NCBI GenBank assembly: GCA_009692305.1
Contig: SHZK01000004.1
Span: 128,738-192,737 of the forward strand
Source of the DNA: Gammaproteobacteria bacterium
GTDB lineage: Bacteria; Pseudomonadota; Gammaproteobacteria; Pseudomonadales; Pseudohongiellaceae
Length of the DNA: 64,000 bases
Reading direction: 5' to 3'
Shown here: in pieces, positions 45,803 through 58,194 of the stretch
Position numbering within the stretch: the stretch's first letter is position 1
How the letters are laid out: every line of letters starts with the position of its first letter
Program-made: the position numbers and the translations under genes
The notes under the pieces: generated by a model
Database searches by the model: none
What the model was told of the DNA's origin: nothing
What the model saw: the letters and a program-made list of their open reading frames with translations, nothing else

Positions 45803-46852
45803 TCAGGCTGCTTTCGAATAGCGCTGCACCATTTCTTCCAGACTGTACACTTTCTTGATGTTTGCCACCTGTCCAGCGCTGCCGAATGCTTCGAGGCGAT
45901 CTTTGACGATCCCTTTCATGGCTTTGATCGTTGGAATCAAAAATTTTCTGGGATCGAATTCTGACTTGTTCTGTGCCAGAAACTTGCGGGCAGCGCCGGT
46001 TGAGGCCAAGCGCAAATCCGTATCAATATTGACCTTGCGTACTCCATGTTTGATGCCTAGTTGAATTTCGGAGATCGGAACACCGTATGTCTCAGGAATC
46101 TCTCCACCGAATTCATTGATGATGGCAAGCCACTCTTGCGGAACTGAGGAAGAGCCATGCATAACCAAATGGGTATTGGGTAAGCGGGAATGAATCTCCT
46201 TGATGCGCTCAATCGCGAGTATGTCGCCGGTCGGTGGGCGACTGAATTTATAGGCACCATGACTGGTACCTACTGCAATCGCCAAGGCGTCGACGCCGGT
46301 AGCCGCAACAAACCGGGCAGCTTCCTCGGGATCAGTGAGCATTTGCGCCATAGTCAGTTTGCCTTCCGCACCGCTGCCGTCTTCTTCGCCAGCTATGCCT
46401 GTCTCCAGCGAACCGAGGCAGCCAATCTCGCCTTCCACGGAAACGCCGCACGCATGCGCCATATCCACCGCGAGCTTCGTTACCCGCACATTGTAATCGA
46501 AATCCATTGGGGTCTTGCCGTCTTCACCCAAGGACCCATCCATCATCACGGAAGAAAACCCCAGCTGGATTGAACGCTGACAAACTGCAGGAGAAACCCC
46601 ATGATCCTGATGCATCACAATTGGTATATGCGGAAATTCTTCAATGGCAGCCAGGATCAAATGCTTCAGGAAATTGGAGCCGGCATATTTTCGTGCGCCG
46701 GCCGAAGCTTGCAATATGACCGGACTATGCGCTTCGTCTGCCGCCTCCATGATCGCGCGAATCTGTTCCAGGTTATTTACATTGAACGCGGGAACGCCGT
46801 AACCTTTTTCAGCCGCGTGATCCAGCAGTTGTCGTAAACTTATTAGTGCCAT
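45803..46852 (-). CDS. fba: Fructose-bisphosphate aldolase, class II
   Basis: [44 protein letters not shown]. Last gene of the tkt-gap-pgk-fba operon. Confidence 0.95.
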   Translation of the reverse strand: MALISLRQLLDHAAEKGYGVPAFNVNNLEQIRAIMEAADEAHSPVILQASAGARKYAGSNFLKHLILAAIEEFPHIPIVMHQDHGVSPAVCQRSIQLGFSSVMMDGSLGEDGKTPMDFDYNVRVTKLAVDMAHACGVSVEGEIGCLGSLETGIAGEEDGSGAEGKLTMAQMLTDPEEAARFVAATGVDALAIAVGTSHGAYKFSRPPTGDILAIERIKEIHSRLPNTHLVMHGSSSVPQEWLAIINEFGGEIPETYGVPISEIQLGIKHGVRKVNIDTDLRLASTGAARKFLAQNKSEFDPRKFLIPTIKAMKGIVKDRLEAFGSAGQVANIKKVYSLEEMVQRYSKAA

Positions 46853-46853
46853 T

Positions 46854-48044
46854 TTAAGGAATCCTCAATTTTGCTCGCTCTTCCAGAATCTCCACTGCTG
46901 GCAATTTCGTTCCCTGTACATATTCCAGGAATGCGCCGCCGCCGGTTGAGATATAACTGATCGAATCTGTAACTCCAAATTTGTCTATTGCCGCGATTGT
47001 CGCGCCACCACCAGCAATCGAAAAACCCTTGTTCTGTGCAATCGCCTTCGCGATCGTTTCTGTGCCTCTGGCAAACTGGTCGAACTCGAATACACCGAGC
47101 GGACCATTCCAGATTATTGTCTTCATCTGTGCAACAACTGCAGCGAACGCCTCGGCCGATTGCGGTCCGATATCCAGAATCATATCAGTGTCTGCCAACG
47201 CGTCCACTGACTTGATGCGCGCTACCGCAGTTGCTGAAAACTCCGACGCAACAACCACATCTGTCGGCATCGGAATGCTGGTGGTCTGCATCAGAGCAGC
47301 GGCCACCGGAACCAGATCTGGCTCGTACAGGGATTTGCCGACATTGTAGCCACAGGCCACGAGAAAGGTATTCGCGATACCTCCACCCACGATCAGCTGA
47401 TCAACCTTCGTCGCCAGATTCTGCAGCACTTCCAGCTTGCTCGATACCTTGGCACCACCAACTACAGCCAGCATGGGGCGCTCCGGGTTCTCAAGCGAGC
47501 GCTGCAATGCACCGAGCTCACTGGCAAGCAACGGGCCGGCGCAAGCAATTGCCGCATAGCGCGCGACACCGTGAGTGCTCGCCTGCGCGCGGTGCGCCGT
47601 GCCAAAGGCATCCATCACGAACACGTCACACAACGCGGCATATTGGCGCGCCAAACTGTCGTTGTTGCTAATTTCGCCAGCGTTTACCCGCACATTTTCC
47701 AGCAAGATCACTGGATCACTGATCGCGTCCAGTGTAGCGGGTTTCTGTAAATAATCCTGCACGAGATGGACCTTGCACTTCAGCAACTGCGCCAGGCGTG
47801 CAGCCACAGGTGCCAGCGAAAATTCGAGCTGGTTCTCAATGGCGATGCCTTCCTCTGGACGTCCGAGGTGCGACATCAGGATCACGCGCGCACCCGCCGC
47901 AAGCGCCTGCTGGATAGTGGGAATAGCGGCACAAATGCGCGTGTCGTTCGTGATATTGCCGTTTTCGATAGAGACGTTCAGATCTTCCCGGATCAGCACG
48001 CGCTTGCCGTTCAGGTCCATATCCTGCATACGTAAAAAAGTCAT
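46854..48044 (-). CDS. pgk: Phosphoglycerate kinase
   Basis: [24 protein letters not shown].., ..[11 protein letters not shown]. The start is taken at the Met giving the canonical N-terminus; the ORF-track extension overlaps the upstream gene. Confidence 0.95.
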   Translation of the reverse strand: MTFLRMQDMDLNGKRVLIREDLNVSIENGNITNDTRICAAIPTIQQALAAGARVILMSHLGRPEEGIAIENQLEFSLAPVAARLAQLLKCKVHLVQDYLQKPATLDAISDPVILLENVRVNAGEISNNDSLARQYAALCDVFVMDAFGTAHRAQASTHGVARYAAIACAGPLLASELGALQRSLENPERPMLAVVGGAKVSSKLEVLQNLATKVDQLIVGGGIANTFLVACGYNVGKSLYEPDLVPVAAALMQTTSIPMPTDVVVASEFSATAVARIKSVDALADTDMILDIGPQSAEAFAAVVAQMKTIIWNGPLGVFEFDQFARGTETIAKAIAQNKGFSIAGGGATIAAIDKFGVTDSISYISTGGGAFLEYVQGTKLPAVEILEERAKLRIP

Positions 48045-48055
48045 GCCTGCTGCTT

Positions 48056-49072
48056 TCATTTTAATGCTGCCATGTATTGAGCAACATCCAGCATGCGATT
48101 GGCATAGGCCCACTCATTGTCAAACCACACCAGCAATTTCATCAGGTTTTTGCCAGCGACCCTTGTCTGAGTCAGATCGACCACAGCAGAACGCGGGTCA
48201 TGATTGAAATCACAGGAGGCGAGCAGCTCGTCGGTGTAACCAAGAACGTTGACCGGCAGTCGTTTGCTGGCGGCAATAATCGCCTTGTTCACCTGTGTCA
48301 CATCAGTGCTGTCGCGCACGAGCACAGTCAGATCCATCGCCGATACATTCAGTGTAGGTACGCGCACTGCCTGTGCTTCCAGCTTGCCCGCCAGACCCGG
48401 CAGAATGCGCTCAATACCTTTTGCCAGCGCGGTATCCACCGGAATAATCGACTGCATGGCACTGCGCGTCTTGCGCAAGTCATTGTGGTGATAGCTGTCG
48501 ATGACAGGCTGGTCATTCATCGCGGAATGGATTGTGGTAATAACGCCTGACTCGATGTGGAATGACTCATCCAGTATTTGCAGAACTGGCACAATGCAGT
48601 TGGTGGTGCAGGAGGCATTGGACACAATGACATCTTTGGCAGTCAGAACTGCATGATTGATGCCATATACCACTGTCGCGTCAACATCGCTTTCCGCCGG
48701 TTGTGAGAACAACACCTTGTTCGCGCCACTGCGTATATGCAATTCGGCAGTAGCACGATCGGTAAAGGCGCCACTGCATTCCATGACCAGATCCACGCCA
48801 AGTTCAGCCCAATTCAACTGCGCTGGATCGGAGCAATTTGACACTCGAATACGATCGCCATTAATCAGCAGCTCTTGAGTGCGTTCCTCAACCGTGCCGA
48901 GGAATCTGCCGTGGGTACTGTCGTAGCGTGTGAGATGCGCCAGCGTCTTGATATCTGCCAGATCATTCAATGCCACGATGCGCAGATTCGCGTAATTGGT
49001 AGATTCATAAAAGGCGCGCAGCACACAGCGACCGATACGACCGTAACCATTGATGGCAATACGATAGGGCAT
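48056..49072 (-). CDS. Type I glyceraldehyde-3-phosphate / erythrose-4-phosphate dehydrogenase
   Basis: [20 protein letters not shown], active-site SNASCTTNC. The operon position matches epd in Pseudomonas and E. coli, but I cannot separate Gap from Epd by eye. Confidence 0.9.
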   Translation of the reverse strand: MPYRIAINGYGRIGRCVLRAFYESTNYANLRIVALNDLADIKTLAHLTRYDSTHGRFLGTVEERTQELLINGDRIRVSNCSDPAQLNWAELGVDLVMECSGAFTDRATAELHIRSGANKVLFSQPAESDVDATVVYGINHAVLTAKDVIVSNASCTTNCIVPVLQILDESFHIESGVITTIHSAMNDQPVIDSYHHNDLRKTRSAMQSIIPVDTALAKGIERILPGLAGKLEAQAVRVPTLNVSAMDLTVLVRDSTDVTQVNKAIIAASKRLPVNVLGYTDELLASCDFNHDPRSAVVDLTQTRVAGKNLMKLLVWFDNEWAYANRMLDVAQYMAALK

Positions 49073-49109
49073 GGCGGTTACCGACCAGTGAGGCAAAGCG
49101 CGATTGGCA

Positions 49110-51110
49110 TTAGCCAAATGACTTTGCGGTAGTTATTACATTCTCAGCTGTAAAGCCGAAGTGTTGCATGAGCGCCGGCCCCGGTGCTGATTCGCCGAAT
49201 GAACGCATGCCAATTATCTTGCCGTCGAGTCCAACGAATTTGTACCAGTAATCCACACCAGCCGCTTCCACGGCGAGGCGCTTGCGCACTTTTGCTGGCA
49301 GCACCTGTTCCCGATACGCCGCATCCTGAGCCTCGAACACATCCACGCTGGGCATGGACACCAGCCGCACGGCCTTGCCTTCTTTTTGCAAGCCAGCTAC
49401 TGCCTCAACACAGATCCCAACTTCAGACCCGGTGGCGATGATGATGATATCTGGTGTGCCTTTGCAGTCCTGCAATATGTAGCCGCCGCGGGCGATTTCT
49501 GCCAACTGCTGCGGGCTGCGGGCTTGATGCGCAAGATTCTGGCGTGAAAACACCAGCGCAGTTGGGCCACTATTGCGTTCAATTGCTGCTTTCCAGGCGA
49601 CCGCTGTTTCGACGCTGTCGCAGGGACGCCACACGGACATATTGGGCGTGCTGCGCAGACTCGCCAGTTGTTCCACCGGCTGGTGGGTGGGGCCGTCCTC
49701 GCCCTGTCCGATGGAATCATGGGTATAAACGAAGATGCTCTGTTGCCCCATCAGGGCCGCCATGCGTACCGCATTGCGGGCATATTCCATGAAGATCAGG
49801 AAGGTCGCGGTATATGGAATGAAACCACCATGCAATGCCATGCCAGAGGCGATCGCGGTCATGCCAAATTCGCGCACGCCATAATAGATATAGTTGCCAT
49901 CTGCCTTTTCCGAAATGGGGGAACTGCCAGACCAATTGGTGAGATTGGAGCCAGTGAGGTCGGCGGATCCACCAATTAACTCAGGCAAGAGCGCGGCGTA
50001 GGCTTCAATACAATTCTGGGACGCCTTGCGGCTGGCAATGTTCTCTACCGTTGCCTGACACTTGGCGACATAGGCAGCAGCCGTTGCGGCGAAATGGCTG
50101 GGTAACTGATGTTTCAGTCGGCGCACCAGTTCCATGGCAGCCAGCGGGTGTTCTTCTTCGAACATCACCAGTTGTTCTTTCCAGGCAGTCTCTGCCTGGA
50201 AGCCTTTCTCCCTTGCGTCCCATGCCTGCTTTATCGCGGCCGGAATCTCGAATGCCGGATAGGGCCAAGCCAATGCCTCACGGGTAGCTGCGACCTCGTC
50301 TTTCCCAAGGGGCGAACCATGCGTGGCTGCCGTGCCCTGCTTGTTCGGTGACCCGAAACCAATAATGGTCTTGCATCGAATCAGGGTAGGCTTGGCAGTT
50401 GCCTGTTGGGCGGCTTCAATCGCCTTGGCGATGCCCTTTGGATCATGGCCGTCAATCACAAGTACCTGCCAGCCATAGGCCTCGAAACGCTGATCGGTGT
50501 TGTCGGTGAACCACTGGTCTACCTCGCCATCGATAGAGATGCCATTGTCGTCATAGAACACGATCAATTTGCCCAGTTGCAGGGTGCCGGCCAGTGAACA
50601 CACCTCGTGGGAGACGCCTTCCATCAGGCAGCCATCGCCCGCGAAAACATAGGTGTAGTGGTCGATTATTGGCGGGGTGGTGTGCTTGAATTGTGCGGCC
50701 AGCGTCTTTTCCGCGATGGCCATGCCAACCGCGTTGGCCAGCCCCTGCCCCAGTGGGCCGGTGGTGGTTTCCACCCCAGGGGTGTAGCCATACTCAGGAT
50801 GCCCCGGTGTCTTCGATCCCAACTGCCGGAACTGCTTGATGTCTGCAATCGAGAGGTCGTAGCCGGACAGGTGCAGCAAGGAGTACATCAGCATGGAACC
50901 GTGGCCATTGGAGAGCACGAAGCGGTCACGGTTGAACCAGTGGGGATTACCCGGATTGTGCTTCAGGTAGTCGTTCCACAGCACCTCGGCAATATCGGCC
51001 ATGCCCATGGGCGCACCCGGATGTCCGCTGGCAGCTTGCTGGACGGCATCCATGCTCAGTGCCCGAATGGCATGCGCGCGTTGTTTTCGTGACACAGCGT
51101 TATCCGCCAT
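49110..51110 (-). CDS. tktA: Transketolase
   Basis: 666 aa. [42 protein letters not shown]. Confidence 0.95.
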   Translation of the reverse strand: MADNAVSRKQRAHAIRALSMDAVQQAASGHPGAPMGMADIAEVLWNDYLKHNPGNPHWFNRDRFVLSNGHGSMLMYSLLHLSGYDLSIADIKQFRQLGSKTPGHPEYGYTPGVETTTGPLGQGLANAVGMAIAEKTLAAQFKHTTPPIIDHYTYVFAGDGCLMEGVSHEVCSLAGTLQLGKLIVFYDDNGISIDGEVDQWFTDNTDQRFEAYGWQVLVIDGHDPKGIAKAIEAAQQATAKPTLIRCKTIIGFGSPNKQGTAATHGSPLGKDEVAATREALAWPYPAFEIPAAIKQAWDAREKGFQAETAWKEQLVMFEEEHPLAAMELVRRLKHQLPSHFAATAAAYVAKCQATVENIASRKASQNCIEAYAALLPELIGGSADLTGSNLTNWSGSSPISEKADGNYIYYGVREFGMTAIASGMALHGGFIPYTATFLIFMEYARNAVRMAALMGQQSIFVYTHDSIGQGEDGPTHQPVEQLASLRSTPNMSVWRPCDSVETAVAWKAAIERNSGPTALVFSRQNLAHQARSPQQLAEIARGGYILQDCKGTPDIIIIATGSEVGICVEAVAGLQKEGKAVRLVSMPSVDVFEAQDAAYREQVLPAKVRKRLAVEAAGVDYWYKFVGLDGKIIGMRSFGESAPGPALMQHFGFTAENVITTAKSFG

Positions 51111-51374
51111 TAATTAAGCTCCTGCTACTCTGACAGTATGGTCTTTACTGCTGATTAATGCGCAATCCAGGTGGGTTTAGCATGCAGCATGCGACGTATG
51201 GGTGTGGCAAGGGTGACATTGCGGCCTGCTCGCGACGGTGGTTATTTTCCCGCACCTACCGGCAATATGCCACCAACGATGGCGTAATTTTCGAGTCCCC
51301 AGCCGGCAATTGACCTGGCTGGAATTGGCCCTTGCCTTGGCCACAGACCCTGGACTCCTGTTAGTTCAGCTCGA

Positions 51375-51406
51375 AAACCTATATCAATATATTTTGATAT
51401 AGGTTT
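51375..51406. promoter_or_regulatory. Perfect 13-6-13 palindrome, candidate SahR (ArsR-type) operator
   Basis: aaacctatatcaa-tatatt-ttgatataggttt, about 60 nt upstream of the sahR-like ATG at 51465. The ATATCA..TGATAT core fits my recollection of the SahR motif. Confidence 0.6.
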
Positions 51407-51464
51407 GAAATTTGCCGTCAGAGTTGCTAACTTAGCGCCCTTTCTGGCCAACAGCTCCAAGCCA

Positions 51465-52463
51465 ATGACTGCCGCCTCCCTGCAAACCAGCGCTACCGGG
51501 CAACCGGACGCGATCGACAAGCTCAGTGAACTGCACAAGGCTCTGGCAGACAGCTTGCGCCTGCAGATTTTACGCCTGCTCAAGAATGAATCATTCGGTG
51601 TGCTGGAACTGTGTCGCATCATCGATATCCGCCAATCAGCCCTTAGCCATCACCTGAAGATTCTGGCCACTGCCGAACTGGTGTCGACCCGGCGTGAAGG
51701 CAACTCAATTTTCTATCGGCGCGCCTTGCTGACGGAAGACGATGTCTATGCAGACATCAAGCGCAGCGTCTTCGAACACATCGATGGCCTGCCAGTTGCC
51801 AGAGATCAGCTAAAAAAGATTGGTCAGATTCAATTGGAACGCTCGCAACTGTCACTAAGCTTTTTCAAGCGCAATGTGGACAAGTTCAAAGAGAAACAGG
51901 GATTGATCGTCGAGCGCAGTCACTACGCGGCAACGCTGCACGACATGATTGCTGGCTTGAACCTGCCAACGCCAACGCACGCACTGGAAGTGGGCCCCGG
52001 TGAAGGTCATTTGCTGGTAGAGCTGGCGGCGAAATTTCAGCATCTGACGGCACTGGATAACTCGCGCGACATGCTGGAGATGTCCAGAGCCGCCATTGCT
52101 GCAGCGGGTTTTGACCATGTCGATTTCCTGCTCGGCGATACTGGTGTCGCGATCAAACAAAAAGTTTACGCCGACCTGATTATTTTCGACATGGTGCTGC
52201 ACCATATTTCCTCGCCAGCGAAAACGTTCAAGGAAGTTGCTGCGTTATTGGCAGCGGGTGGTTATCTGCTGGTCATCGACCTGAGCAACCATGACCAGGA
52301 TTGGGTAAGAGAATCCTGTGGTGATTTGTGGCTCGGTTTTGATGATGGCGATCTCGATCACTGGTCGAACAAGGCTGGACTGCAGGCAGGACAGAGTTCC
52401 TACCTGGGTTTACGTAACGGTTTTCAAATCAAGATGCGCGTGTTTCAGCGCGCTGTTTTTTAA
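51465..52463 (+). CDS. sahR: ArsR-family HTH fused to a SAM-methyltransferase-like domain (SahR-type regulator of the methyl cycle)
   Basis: HTH region LADSLRLQILRLLKNESFGVLELCRIIDIRQSALSHHLKIL, then a class I methyltransferase fold (ALEVGPGEGHL..DLIIFDMVLHH). Sits directly upstream of metK-ahcY-metF. Confidence 0.7.
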   Translation: MTAASLQTSATGQPDAIDKLSELHKALADSLRLQILRLLKNESFGVLELCRIIDIRQSALSHHLKILATAELVSTRREGNSIFYRRALLTEDDVYADIKRSVFEHIDGLPVARDQLKKIGQIQLERSQLSLSFFKRNVDKFKEKQGLIVERSHYAATLHDMIAGLNLPTPTHALEVGPGEGHLLVELAAKFQHLTALDNSRDMLEMSRAAIAAAGFDHVDFLLGDTGVAIKQKVYADLIIFDMVLHHISSPAKTFKEVAALLAAGGYLLVIDLSNHDQDWVRESCGDLWLGFDDGDLDHWSNKAGLQAGQSSYLGLRNGFQIKMRVFQRAVF

Positions 52464-52484
52464 TAGATAGCAAAGGAAAAGAGA

Positions 52485-53645
52485 ATGGCTGAAATAAGCT
52501 TGTTTACTTCTGAATCGGTATCCGAGGGTCATCCTGACAAGATGGCAGATCAAATATCCGATGCGATACTGGATGCGTTGCTGAAGCAGGATAAAGCGGC
52601 TCGCGTCGCCTGTGAAACCATGATCAAGACCGGCATGGTTATCGTTGCCGGTGAAGTTACCACGTCCGGTTATATCGATGTGGAAGATCTGGTGCGCAAG
52701 GTGGTGAATGACATTGGTTACAACAACGCCGAGAGCGGCTTCGACGGACGCACCTGTGCTGTGCTGAATGCTATTGGCAAGCAATCACCCGATATCGCCA
52801 TGGGCGTCGATCACTCTGACGATCACGAACAGGGCGCCGGTGACCAGGGCCTGATGTTTGGTTACGCAACCAATGAAACAGAAGTGCTGATGCCTGCTCC
52901 AATTACCTATTCTCATCGTCTCGTGAAACGCCAATCGGTAGTGCGCAAGAACGGTACTCTGCCGTGGTTGCAGCCTGACGCGAAAAGCCAGATTACGTTC
53001 TGTTATGAAAACGGCAAGCCGGTGGCCATCGACGCCGTAGTCCTGTCGACTCAGCACCGGGAAGAAGTCTCGCTGAAGGATCTGCGCGAAGCAGTAATGG
53101 AAGAAATCATCAAGCCCGTGCTTCCAGCCGAACTGGTCAACAAGGACACGAAGTATTTCATTAACCCAACTGGGCGTTTCGTCATAGGCGGTCCTCACGG
53201 CGATTGTGGCCTGACTGGACGCAAAATTATTGTTGATACCTACGGCGGCATGGCGCGCCATGGTGGCGGAGCATTCTCCGGCAAGGACCCATCCAAAGTG
53301 GATCGCTCCGCTGCCTATGTCGCACGTTATGTCGCGAAGAATATCGTTGCCGCAGGCATTGCTGATCGCTGCGAGATTCAATTGTCCTATGCCATCGGCG
53401 TTGCCGAACCGACTTCAATCAGTGCCGAAACTTTTGGCACCAGCAAGCTGAGCAATTCCGCAATCGTGAAACTGATACGCAATCATTTCGAATTGCGACC
53501 ACGCGGACTGATCAAGATGCTGGACCTGATTCAACCTATTTACCAGCCAACAGCTGCCTACGGTCACTTCGGCCGTGAAGACATACTGTTTAACTGGGAA
53601 AAAACCGACAAAGCCGAAGCACTGAAGCGCGACGCCAAAGTCTAG
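52485..53645 (+). CDS. metK: S-adenosylmethionine synthetase
   Basis: [53 protein letters not shown]. Confidence 0.97.
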   Translation: MAEISLFTSESVSEGHPDKMADQISDAILDALLKQDKAARVACETMIKTGMVIVAGEVTTSGYIDVEDLVRKVVNDIGYNNAESGFDGRTCAVLNAIGKQSPDIAMGVDHSDDHEQGAGDQGLMFGYATNETEVLMPAPITYSHRLVKRQSVVRKNGTLPWLQPDAKSQITFCYENGKPVAIDAVVLSTQHREEVSLKDLREAVMEEIIKPVLPAELVNKDTKYFINPTGRFVIGGPHGDCGLTGRKIIVDTYGGMARHGGGAFSGKDPSKVDRSAAYVARYVAKNIVAAGIADRCEIQLSYAIGVAEPTSISAETFGTSKLSNSAIVKLIRNHFELRPRGLIKMLDLIQPIYQPTAAYGHFGREDILFNWEKTDKAEALKRDAKV

Positions 53646-53665
53646 ACCAAATTCTGGAGAACAAA

Positions 53666-55072
53666 ATGAGCAATCAAAACCTGGCTACAAAGAATCAAAT
53701 AACTCCGGACTATAAAGTCGCGGATATCAAACTGGCCGACTTTGGTCGGCGCGAAGTCACGCTGGCAGAAGCAGAAATGCCGGCACTGATGTCATTGCGC
53801 AACCGGTATGCTGCATCGAAGCCACTGGCAGATGCCAGAATACTGGGCTGCATACATATGACCGTGCAAACCGCAGTGCTGATCGAGACTCTGGTGGAAC
53901 TCGGCGCTGAAGTACGCTGGTCATCCTGCAATATTTTCTCCACTCAGGATCACGCCGCGGCATGCATCGCCGCGGCCGGAATTGCGGTCTATGCGTGGAA
54001 AGGCCAGACCGAAGCTGAAGGTGAATGGTGCATCGAACAAACCATTCTCAAGGATGGCAAGCCGTGGAATGCAAACATGATTCTGGATGACGGCGGCGAC
54101 CTGACCATGATGGTGCACGACAAGTACCCGCAAATGCTGGAAAATATTCACGGCATTACCGAGGAGACGACTACTGGTGTGCATCGCCTGCTGGAAATGC
54201 TGGCGGACGGCTCGCTGAAAGTCCCTGCTGTCAACGTCAATGACTCGGTAACCAAGTCCAAGAACGACAACAAATACGGTTGTCGCCACAGTCTGAACGA
54301 TGGCATCAAGCGCGGCACTGACATGCTGCTCGCTGGCAAACAGGCACTGGTAGTTGGCTATGGTGACGTGGGCAAGGGATCCGCGCAAAGCCTGCGCCAG
54401 GAAGGCATGATCGTGAAGATCGCCGAGATCGACCCGATCTGTGCCATGCAGGCATGTATGGACGGTTATGAAGTCGTGTCTCCCTACAAGAATGGCATCA
54501 ACACCGGGACTGCAGAAGGCATCGACAGCAAGCTACTGGGCAAGATTGACTTGATTGTAACCGCTACCGGCAACATCAATGTTTGCGATCGGTTCATGCT
54601 GGAACAGGTCAAACCCTGTGCGGTTATCTGTAACATCGGTCACTTCGACAATGAGATCGACACGCGTTTCATGCGCGAGAACTGGGTCTGGGAAGAAGTT
54701 AAGCCCCAGGTACACAAGGTCTATCGCAAAGGAACTGACTCCGCTAATGATTACCTGATCCTGCTGTCAGAAGGAAGGCTGATCAATCTCGGTAACGCCA
54801 CCGGGCATCCATCGCGCATCATGGATGGTTCCTTTGCCAATCAAGTGCTGGCGCAGATATTCCTGTACGAACGCAAGTTCGCCGATCAGTCCGACGAGTA
54901 CAAACAGGCTCACATGAAAGTTGAAGTATTGCCCAAGAAGCTGGACGAGGAAGTCGCTGCATTGATGGTGGGCGGTTTCGGCGGCGTGCTTACGCAGTTG
55001 ACTGACAAGCAGGCGGCATATATTCGTGTCTCCAAGGCCGGTCCTTTCAAGACTGACACCTACAAGTACTAG
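53666..55072 (+). CDS. ahcY: Adenosylhomocysteinase
   Basis: [30 protein letters not shown] motif [13 protein letters not shown]-terminal ..PFKTDTYKY. Confidence 0.97.
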   Translation: MSNQNLATKNQITPDYKVADIKLADFGRREVTLAEAEMPALMSLRNRYAASKPLADARILGCIHMTVQTAVLIETLVELGAEVRWSSCNIFSTQDHAAACIAAAGIAVYAWKGQTEAEGEWCIEQTILKDGKPWNANMILDDGGDLTMMVHDKYPQMLENIHGITEETTTGVHRLLEMLADGSLKVPAVNVNDSVTKSKNDNKYGCRHSLNDGIKRGTDMLLAGKQALVVGYGDVGKGSAQSLRQEGMIVKIAEIDPICAMQACMDGYEVVSPYKNGINTGTAEGIDSKLLGKIDLIVTATGNINVCDRFMLEQVKPCAVICNIGHFDNEIDTRFMRENWVWEEVKPQVHKVYRKGTDSANDYLILLSEGRLINLGNATGHPSRIMDGSFANQVLAQIFLYERKFADQSDEYKQAHMKVEVLPKKLDEEVAALMVGGFGGVLTQLTDKQAAYIRVSKAGPFKTDTYKY

Positions 55073-55085
55073 GAGCAATTGGTAG

Positions 55086-55937
55086 ATGAGCAAATCATCA
55101 CGCCGTCAATTCAGCATTGAATTCTTCCCGCCGCGAACAGTAGCAGGAGAATCCAGGCTGGATGAGGTTCACGCCGAGCTGGCCTTGCTGAACCCCGATT
55201 TCTTCTCCGTGACTTATGGTGCCGGCGGCTCTACCAAAAATGGTACTCGCCAGCTGGTGCTGCGCTATAAGGAACTGGGATCGTCGGCCGCACCACATTT
55301 GTCCTTTGGCGGTCTGGATGAAAGCGAGCTGCAACAGCTATTGCTCGATTATAAAAGCCGCGGCATCAATCGACTGGTTGCCCTGCGCGGTGATATCCCC
55401 TCCGGAGCCGGCTCAGCAACTCAACATCGTTACGCAAATGAACTGGTACAGTTCGTACGCCAGACAACCGGTGATCATTTCCATATCGACGTGGCCTGTT
55501 ACCCGGAAACCCATCCCGAATCGGCCAGCTATCAAACCGACGTGAATTTTTTCAAGCGCAAGGTCGATGCTGGAGCCAACTCCGCTATCACCCAATATTT
55601 TTACAATGCGGACGCCTATTTCCGCTTCGTGGAATATTGCCGCTCCTGCGACATCAACATCCCCATCGTGCCAGGCATCATGCCGATTACGAATTACACC
55701 AACCTCGCCCGCTTCAGCGGCAACTGTGGCGCGGAAATACCGCAGTGGTTGCGGCTCCGCCTGGAGACGTTTGGAGATGACGCCGACGGCTTGCGGAATT
55801 TTGGCATAGATGTCGTCACTCGCTTGTGCGATCAGTTACTCGCTGGCGGCGCACCGGGTCTGCATTTCTATTCAATGAACCTTTCAAAAAGCGTCACCCA
55901 GATCTGGAACAACCTCTCCCTCTCTGATCGACGCTAG
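55086..55937 (+). CDS. metF: 5,10-methylenetetrahydrofolate reductase
   Basis: FSIEFFPPRT, FFSVTYGAGGST, ALRGD, ITQYFYN, GIMPI. Confidence 0.95.
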   Translation: MSKSSRRQFSIEFFPPRTVAGESRLDEVHAELALLNPDFFSVTYGAGGSTKNGTRQLVLRYKELGSSAAPHLSFGGLDESELQQLLLDYKSRGINRLVALRGDIPSGAGSATQHRYANELVQFVRQTTGDHFHIDVACYPETHPESASYQTDVNFFKRKVDAGANSAITQYFYNADAYFRFVEYCRSCDINIPIVPGIMPITNYTNLARFSGNCGAEIPQWLRLRLETFGDDADGLRNFGIDVVTRLCDQLLAGGAPGLHFYSMNLSKSVTQIWNNLSLSDRR

Positions 55938-55949
55938 CGGTAACCCTGC

Positions 55950-56681
55950 ATGCGCCTCACCCGCATCTACCTCAACCAGCAACTTTCCCAAGGTGCAAGG
56001 CTGTTGCTGGATGCTGAGACTACCCATTACGTCGGCACTGTATTACGCATGCGCCTGCAAGCGGAGTTGCTGGTGTTCAATGCTGGTGACGGTGAATTTG
56101 CTGCTCAAATCGTCGCAGCGGAGAAACGGGGAATAGAGGTGGCATTGGGTGAGCAGCTACGCGCGCCACAGGCGGCGTCGCTCATTATTCATCTTGGTCT
56201 GGGAATTTCACGTGGTGACCGCATGGATTTTGCTATTCAGAAATCCACAGAACTCGGCGTCACCCGAATTACTCCCCTATATTCGCAATATGGTGAGGTA
56301 AAACTAAAAACTGATCGTGTCGAGAATAAGCTGCGTCACTGGCGCAAAATTGCTGCGAGCGCAGCCGAACAGAGTGGTCGGCTTGATATACCCGAGATTG
56401 CAGTCCCCCTGTCACTGGATGAATGGCAAGATACCCTCGGTGAGACTACTCGACTGCTACTTGATCCAGCTGGCAAAGAAAGACTTGGTGAACTGACCGG
56501 GACAACAGTAGCCGACATAACACTTTTGATAGGTCCCGAAGGTGGCTTCTCTGAGCAGGAACTGGATTGGGGCCGCAAACATCACTTCGCTATTGTTACC
56601 CTCGGGCCGCGCATACTCCGAACCGAGACAGCGCCGGCCGCGGCACTGGCTATTCTGCAACATCGCTTCGGGGATATGTAA
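55950..56681 (+). CDS. rsmE: 16S rRNA (uracil1498-N3)-methyltransferase
   Basis: MRLTRIY.., ..KSTELGVTRITPL.., LLIGPEGGFSEQE, LGPRILRTETA. Confidence 0.9.
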   Translation: MRLTRIYLNQQLSQGARLLLDAETTHYVGTVLRMRLQAELLVFNAGDGEFAAQIVAAEKRGIEVALGEQLRAPQAASLIIHLGLGISRGDRMDFAIQKSTELGVTRITPLYSQYGEVKLKTDRVENKLRHWRKIAASAAEQSGRLDIPEIAVPLSLDEWQDTLGETTRLLLDPAGKERLGELTGTTVADITLLIGPEGGFSEQELDWGRKHHFAIVTLGPRILRTETAPAAALAILQHRFGDM

Positions 56682-56757
56682 GCAGGGGCGCGTTAGCAAG
56701 GTATGCAGGAAGATATTTGCGCAGCGAGACGGCGCAATACCAAGCTGAAAGGAAACC

Positions 56758-58077
56758 CTAGAGCCGAAAACTCAGCGGGCCTAAACCCATTTTCTTGCCG
56801 GCAAATCTGAACGTATAGTCGCTCGGTTTAACATTGATGCGATTGACATCAGGCGCCCCAATTATAGCGCGTGATTCCTGCGCCTGTTTGTCATTTACCA
56901 GATCAAGAATTTTCGGTTCCTGCAGCACCGTACAGTCGGCGCTGGTGAGTACTGCTACGCGTGGAAATAATCTCTCCACTGCATTCTGCAGCAGCACGAT
57001 GGCGAGTTCTTTGGTAGCAAGTTGCAACACCGTCCCTACCGGATACATACCCAGCAAGTGAATGAATTCAGAAACGAGTTGTTCCGGAAATTTCAGCACC
57101 CGTTGTTTGTACAATTTGCTCATGGCCTTCGCCGGTGAACATTGGCCACCTGGCAGATTACTGCCCAACAGCCGCTCGTAACAATACGCAAGATTGGCGA
57201 ATCTGGCCAAGGCCGGAATCTGTTCTCCGCGTAGACGGCGTGGAAAACCCCGGCCATCATGGCGCTCATGATGGCAATGCATAATAGTAATTACCCTGTC
57301 ATCCAGATCCTTGTGCTGTGCAAGCAACTCCAGCCCGAATTCGACATGTTTGCGGTAGGCAAGAAATTCTTTCTTGCGGAATGCGCCGCGCTTGTTAATC
57401 AGTTTTTCCGGCAGTAAATACATGCCGATGTCTGCCAATAAAGTGCCGAGAAACAACACACTAATCTGGTTGCGGTTCATGCCGATCTGACGTGCCAATA
57501 CGGTTGCCCAGATGGCAGCGCGCACGCAATAATTGGAAGACCTGGCATTGGATTGATCTGTATTCAACAACCAGATCAATGTCTGCGGATTGGCGATAAT
57601 GCAGTCGATCATTGCCTCCATCGGCTTGGTCAGGGTTGTTAATTTCAGGCTATCGCCGTTTTTTACCGCTAGCGTGATCGAGTGAAAACAGTTCTGCAAT
57701 TCAAGATAGATTTCATACGCCTTGTCGATGGATTGCTTGATGGTTTTGGTTTCCGCATAAGCACCGCGATCAATTTTCAGAGCCGCAGGCACTGGCACCG
57801 CTTTACGGGCGGTGTTCAATATCGTCAACTGATGCTTGTTCAGCGCGCGCGGAGGGACACCCTGATTGGTATCGATAAATACGAACTTGCAAAACTTCTG
57901 CAGAATCTGGATGTCATCCGCTTTGCGCAGATGAAACCCGCCTACCGGAAATGGGGTCGTCGACCAGTTGCAATCAAGCTCGGCGATATACATTCCCAGC
58001 AGCAAATCTCTGCTTTCCAGCTTCAACAGACGGGTCGAGGAATAGGGTGATTCAGGAGTTGCCATGGCCGCGAGCAT
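56758..58077 (-). CDS. HD-GYP domain c-di-GMP phosphodiesterase with an N-terminal DUF3391-like region
   Basis: HD..LLADIGM..HHERHDGRGFPRRLRGEQIP (the HD-GYP signature). 439 aa. The start could be Met1 or Met5. Confidence 0.85.
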   Translation of the reverse strand: MLAAMATPESPYSSTRLLKLESRDLLLGMYIAELDCNWSTTPFPVGGFHLRKADDIQILQKFCKFVFIDTNQGVPPRALNKHQLTILNTARKAVPVPAALKIDRGAYAETKTIKQSIDKAYEIYLELQNCFHSITLAVKNGDSLKLTTLTKPMEAMIDCIIANPQTLIWLLNTDQSNARSSNYCVRAAIWATVLARQIGMNRNQISVLFLGTLLADIGMYLLPEKLINKRGAFRKKEFLAYRKHVEFGLELLAQHKDLDDRVITIMHCHHERHDGRGFPRRLRGEQIPALARFANLAYCYERLLGSNLPGGQCSPAKAMSKLYKQRVLKFPEQLVSEFIHLLGMYPVGTVLQLATKELAIVLLQNAVERLFPRVAVLTSADCTVLQEPKILDLVNDKQAQESRAIIGAPDVNRINVKPSDYTFRFAGKKMGLGPLSFRL

Positions 58078-58140
58078 AGCCCTGATGCTCGCAAATTCTT
58101 GTGAGCAGACTCACACTTCAGAGCACGCCTGAATTTGGAC

Positions 58141-58169
58141 AAAAAAAAGCGCCCTGAACAACGGGCGCT
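58141..58169 (-). terminator. Rho-independent terminator of glnK-amtB
   Basis: On the minus strand: agcgccc-gttgttca-gggcgct followed by T8, 26 nt after the amtB stop. Confidence 0.85.
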
Positions 58170-58194
58170 TACAAATGGAGAGTGTTTAAATGGC

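Noticed and set aside
51242-51622. 126-aa minus-strand ORF spanning the tkt/sahR intergenic region
   Set aside because: It overlaps the palindromic operator and the 5' end of the sahR-like gene. It has no start context and no recognisable domain, and the plus-strand HTH reading is clearly the real one.
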